64,000 bases of DNA from Ascoidea asiatica JCM 7603. Taxonomy: Eukaryota; Fungi; Ascomycota. The stretch covers positions 859,820-923,819 of the forward strand of contig BCKQ01000005.1 of the NCBI GenBank assembly GCA_001600695.1, read 5' to 3'. Position 1 is the first letter of the stretch. Each line of letters begins with the position of its first letter. Below are positions 61,884-64,000 of this stretch, one piece after another. The notes beneath the pieces were generated by a model. It was not told the DNA's origin. It searched no databases and worked only from the letters and a program-made list of their open reading frames with translations. Both the position numbers and the translations under genes were made by a program.

Positions 61884-63539
61884 TTATTCTTCAATAAATT
61901 CAATTGAACATTTTTTGATATGATGATTAGATTCATGTAACTTAGTCTTAATGATTCTTGAAACATTTTCAAATTCTTTAATATCTAAAACATTATCCCA
62001 TTTTTGTTTTGGAACAACTAATTTTAAATCTGTTATAATAATATTTGATCCACTACCAATAATATTCAATTGACTTATTTTATATGGAACTCTGGAATTA
62101 TTATTACTTAATAACTTATTTAAAATATCTTCCAAAATTTTTTGAATATTAATATATCTTGAATCTTTTGTTGAAATTGAATGATCAATCAATTCATATA
62201 TTGAATTTTTAATACCTTGAAAACCAGCTCTGATAATTAATATAGAAATTAATAAACCTCCAACTGAATCCATCCAGCCAATATTAAAAAAATATGCTGA
62301 AGAGATTGCGAATAATGATACTGTTGATGTTAATCCATCAACTCTATGATGCCATGCATTTGCTAATAAAACTTTTGAATTTGTTTTTAAAGCAACTGAT
62401 GATGTTAATCTATATAAACCTTCCTTAATTGCAATCGATGCAGCAGCTATGTAAGCTGCATTAATATTACTTATTTCTTTTGTAATTTCAATAAGTCCTT
62501 CAGTATCATGATTATGATTAATATCATGAGAATGAGAATGAGAATGTCCGAAAGAAATAATTGAATTAATTGTATTCATAAAATCATGTGCAATAGTTGG
62601 TAAAATTGGTGTTAAAATTTCAATTAATGATGACCAACCAATCGAAAGTCCTGCACTTAATAAAATTGTTGAAACTGTTAAACAACCTAAGGTTTCAATT
62701 TTACCATAACCATTTGGATAATTTAAATTACAATTTTTATTACCAAAATTTACTGTAGATAATGTTAAAATATCTGAGATTAAATCATAAGTTGAATGAA
62801 TTGCATCTGCAATTAAAACTTGTGAATGAAATATTATACCTCCCATACCTTTACTTACAGCTAAACCAATATTAGAAATTAAGCCAATGGCAGTTATTCT
62901 AACTGCAGGATTTCTCCAATATTGCTTTGGAGTTGCATTAAGTAAAATCGATGTTGAAGAATGGCAATTGGTTCCAGGAGTATGAGTATGAGTATGAGTT
63001 AAAACTCCTGTTAAAGAAGTATTTGAATCAACACAATTATCATCATTATTAATGTTATTCAATTTAGTTGATGATTCAAATACAGATTCTGGATTTGGTA
63101 TTGAATCACCTGGGTTTTCATTTATATATTTATAACCACCTTTAACACCAAAAATTGCAATATCATTAGTTTCAGTTTCAGACTCTTTTAAATGAATATG
63201 ATCATCATGATTCTCAAAGGTATCATTATAGTCTAATTCTGAACCAGGTTTAGAATGTGAATGAGAGTGTCCATTATTTTCATGAGAATGAGAGTGTGAA
63301 TGGGAATGAGATTGAGGATCTATATTTGAGTGAGAGTGAGAATGAGAAGAAGAAGAAGCTGAGGAACCTGTTAATGGATAAGATTTCAAAGATTTAACAT
63401 TATTTAAAATTATTGAAGAAGTTGAAAATAAAGATTTATTTAATATGATTCGTCTTGATTTTGAAAAACTTTTATTAGTTCTTGAAATTGATCTAAAGGA
63501 AGCTAAAGAATTTGAAGGAAAGTAAATTGATCGTAACAT
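61884..63539 (-). CDS. MMT1: Mitochondrial cation-diffusion-facilitator iron transporter Mmt1/Mmt2
   Basis: Presequence MLRSIYF..., HIHLKESETE, NPAVRIT, ADAIHS..D, YPNGYGKIETLG, LLANAWHHRVD. Likely ATG at 63539. Confidence 0.92.
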   Translation of the reverse strand: MLRSIYFPSNSLASFRSISRTNKSFSKSRRIILNKSLFSTSSIILNNVKSLKSYPLTGSSASSSSHSHSHSNIDPQSHSHSHSHSHENNGHSHSHSKPGSELDYNDTFENHDDHIHLKESETETNDIAIFGVKGGYKYINENPGDSIPNPESVFESSTKLNNINNDDNCVDSNTSLTGVLTHTHTHTPGTNCHSSTSILLNATPKQYWRNPAVRITAIGLISNIGLAVSKGMGGIIFHSQVLIADAIHSTYDLISDILTLSTVNFGNKNCNLNYPNGYGKIETLGCLTVSTILLSAGLSIGWSSLIEILTPILPTIAHDFMNTINSIISFGHSHSHSHDINHNHDTEGLIEITKEISNINAAYIAAASIAIKEGLYRLTSSVALKTNSKVLLANAWHHRVDGLTSTVSLFAISSAYFFNIGWMDSVGGLLISILIIRAGFQGIKNSIYELIDHSISTKDSRYINIQKILEDILNKLLSNNNSRVPYKISQLNIIGSGSNIIITDLKLVVPKQKWDNVLDIKEFENVSRIIKTKLHESNHHIKKCSIEFIEE

Positions 63540-64000
63540 TTTAACCAAGAAACGAAATGAATAATAATCTCCAAATGGTTTAATTTCTTCTTACTTCTTA
63601 CTTATATATATTTATATACCTAAATCAATGAAACTAAAAGAATGAAAAGAATTAAACGAAGAAAAGTGATGAAAGTTATAAAGTTTTTCAAAGGTGTATG
63701 GCTAAATCCTGAATTTTTATTCTTGGTTCTGTTTTTTTAATTGTTGATAGTGGTGTTAGGGACCTAAATCTGGAATAAGTGTGGCGGATGTGAGGCACTG
63801 TCTTCGGAGTTTGAGCGGTTCGAGTTTAAGGAAAGTACAGCGCGGGGTAATAGCACAGCCAATGAACTCCCTTTACTGAGCCACGCAGGGGCAATCACCA
63901 GTACCACTTCCATGGTACACTAACCACACTGGTATTATTTCCACCGACGACTTCTTCTCAGATTTGAATTGTTTCTTGTTTGTTATTCTGTTCCTCGAAG

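Noticed and set aside
63780-63830. GGTTCGAG B-box-like sequence, possible tRNA
   Set aside because: No T-stem or acceptor-stem pairing; no cloverleaf can be built.

Overview
Eukaryotic, very AT-rich budding-yeast (Saccharomycotina) chromosomal segment with about 22 protein-coding genes. Most are conserved housekeeping genes: ATS1, GRX5, BCS1, SEC17, a Pho80/Pcl cyclin, MRM2, a FRE ferric reductase, NIP1, LMO1, RQT4, VPS54, RKM3-like, HMT1, RET1, YPI1, NPY1, a FUS3/KSS1 MAPK, CHP1/YPL225W, NEW1, GLT1 and MMT1/2. I reconstructed four spliceosomal introns that the ORF track missed (GRX5, SEC17, FRE, YPI1). Poly-Asn expansions, relaxed splice signals and near absence of CTG codons suggest an Ascoidea-like (CUG-Ser2 clade) yeast; this is inference, not an identification. 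The three most interesting items are: (1) a secreted CBM1-linker-CBM1-DPBB loosenin/expansin-like protein, unusual for a budding yeast; (2) a rare CTG as the last sense codon of NPY1, where Leu versus Ser decoding would make or destroy a PTS1-like peroxisomal signal; (3) an RKM3-like SET gene that stops exactly before the catalytic Tyr. There is also a patch of decayed ORFs at 27.8-29.9 kb and sharp GC-rich promoter islands carrying a recurring GCGGATTT motif. I found no tRNA, rRNA, transposon or CRISPR feature I could support.
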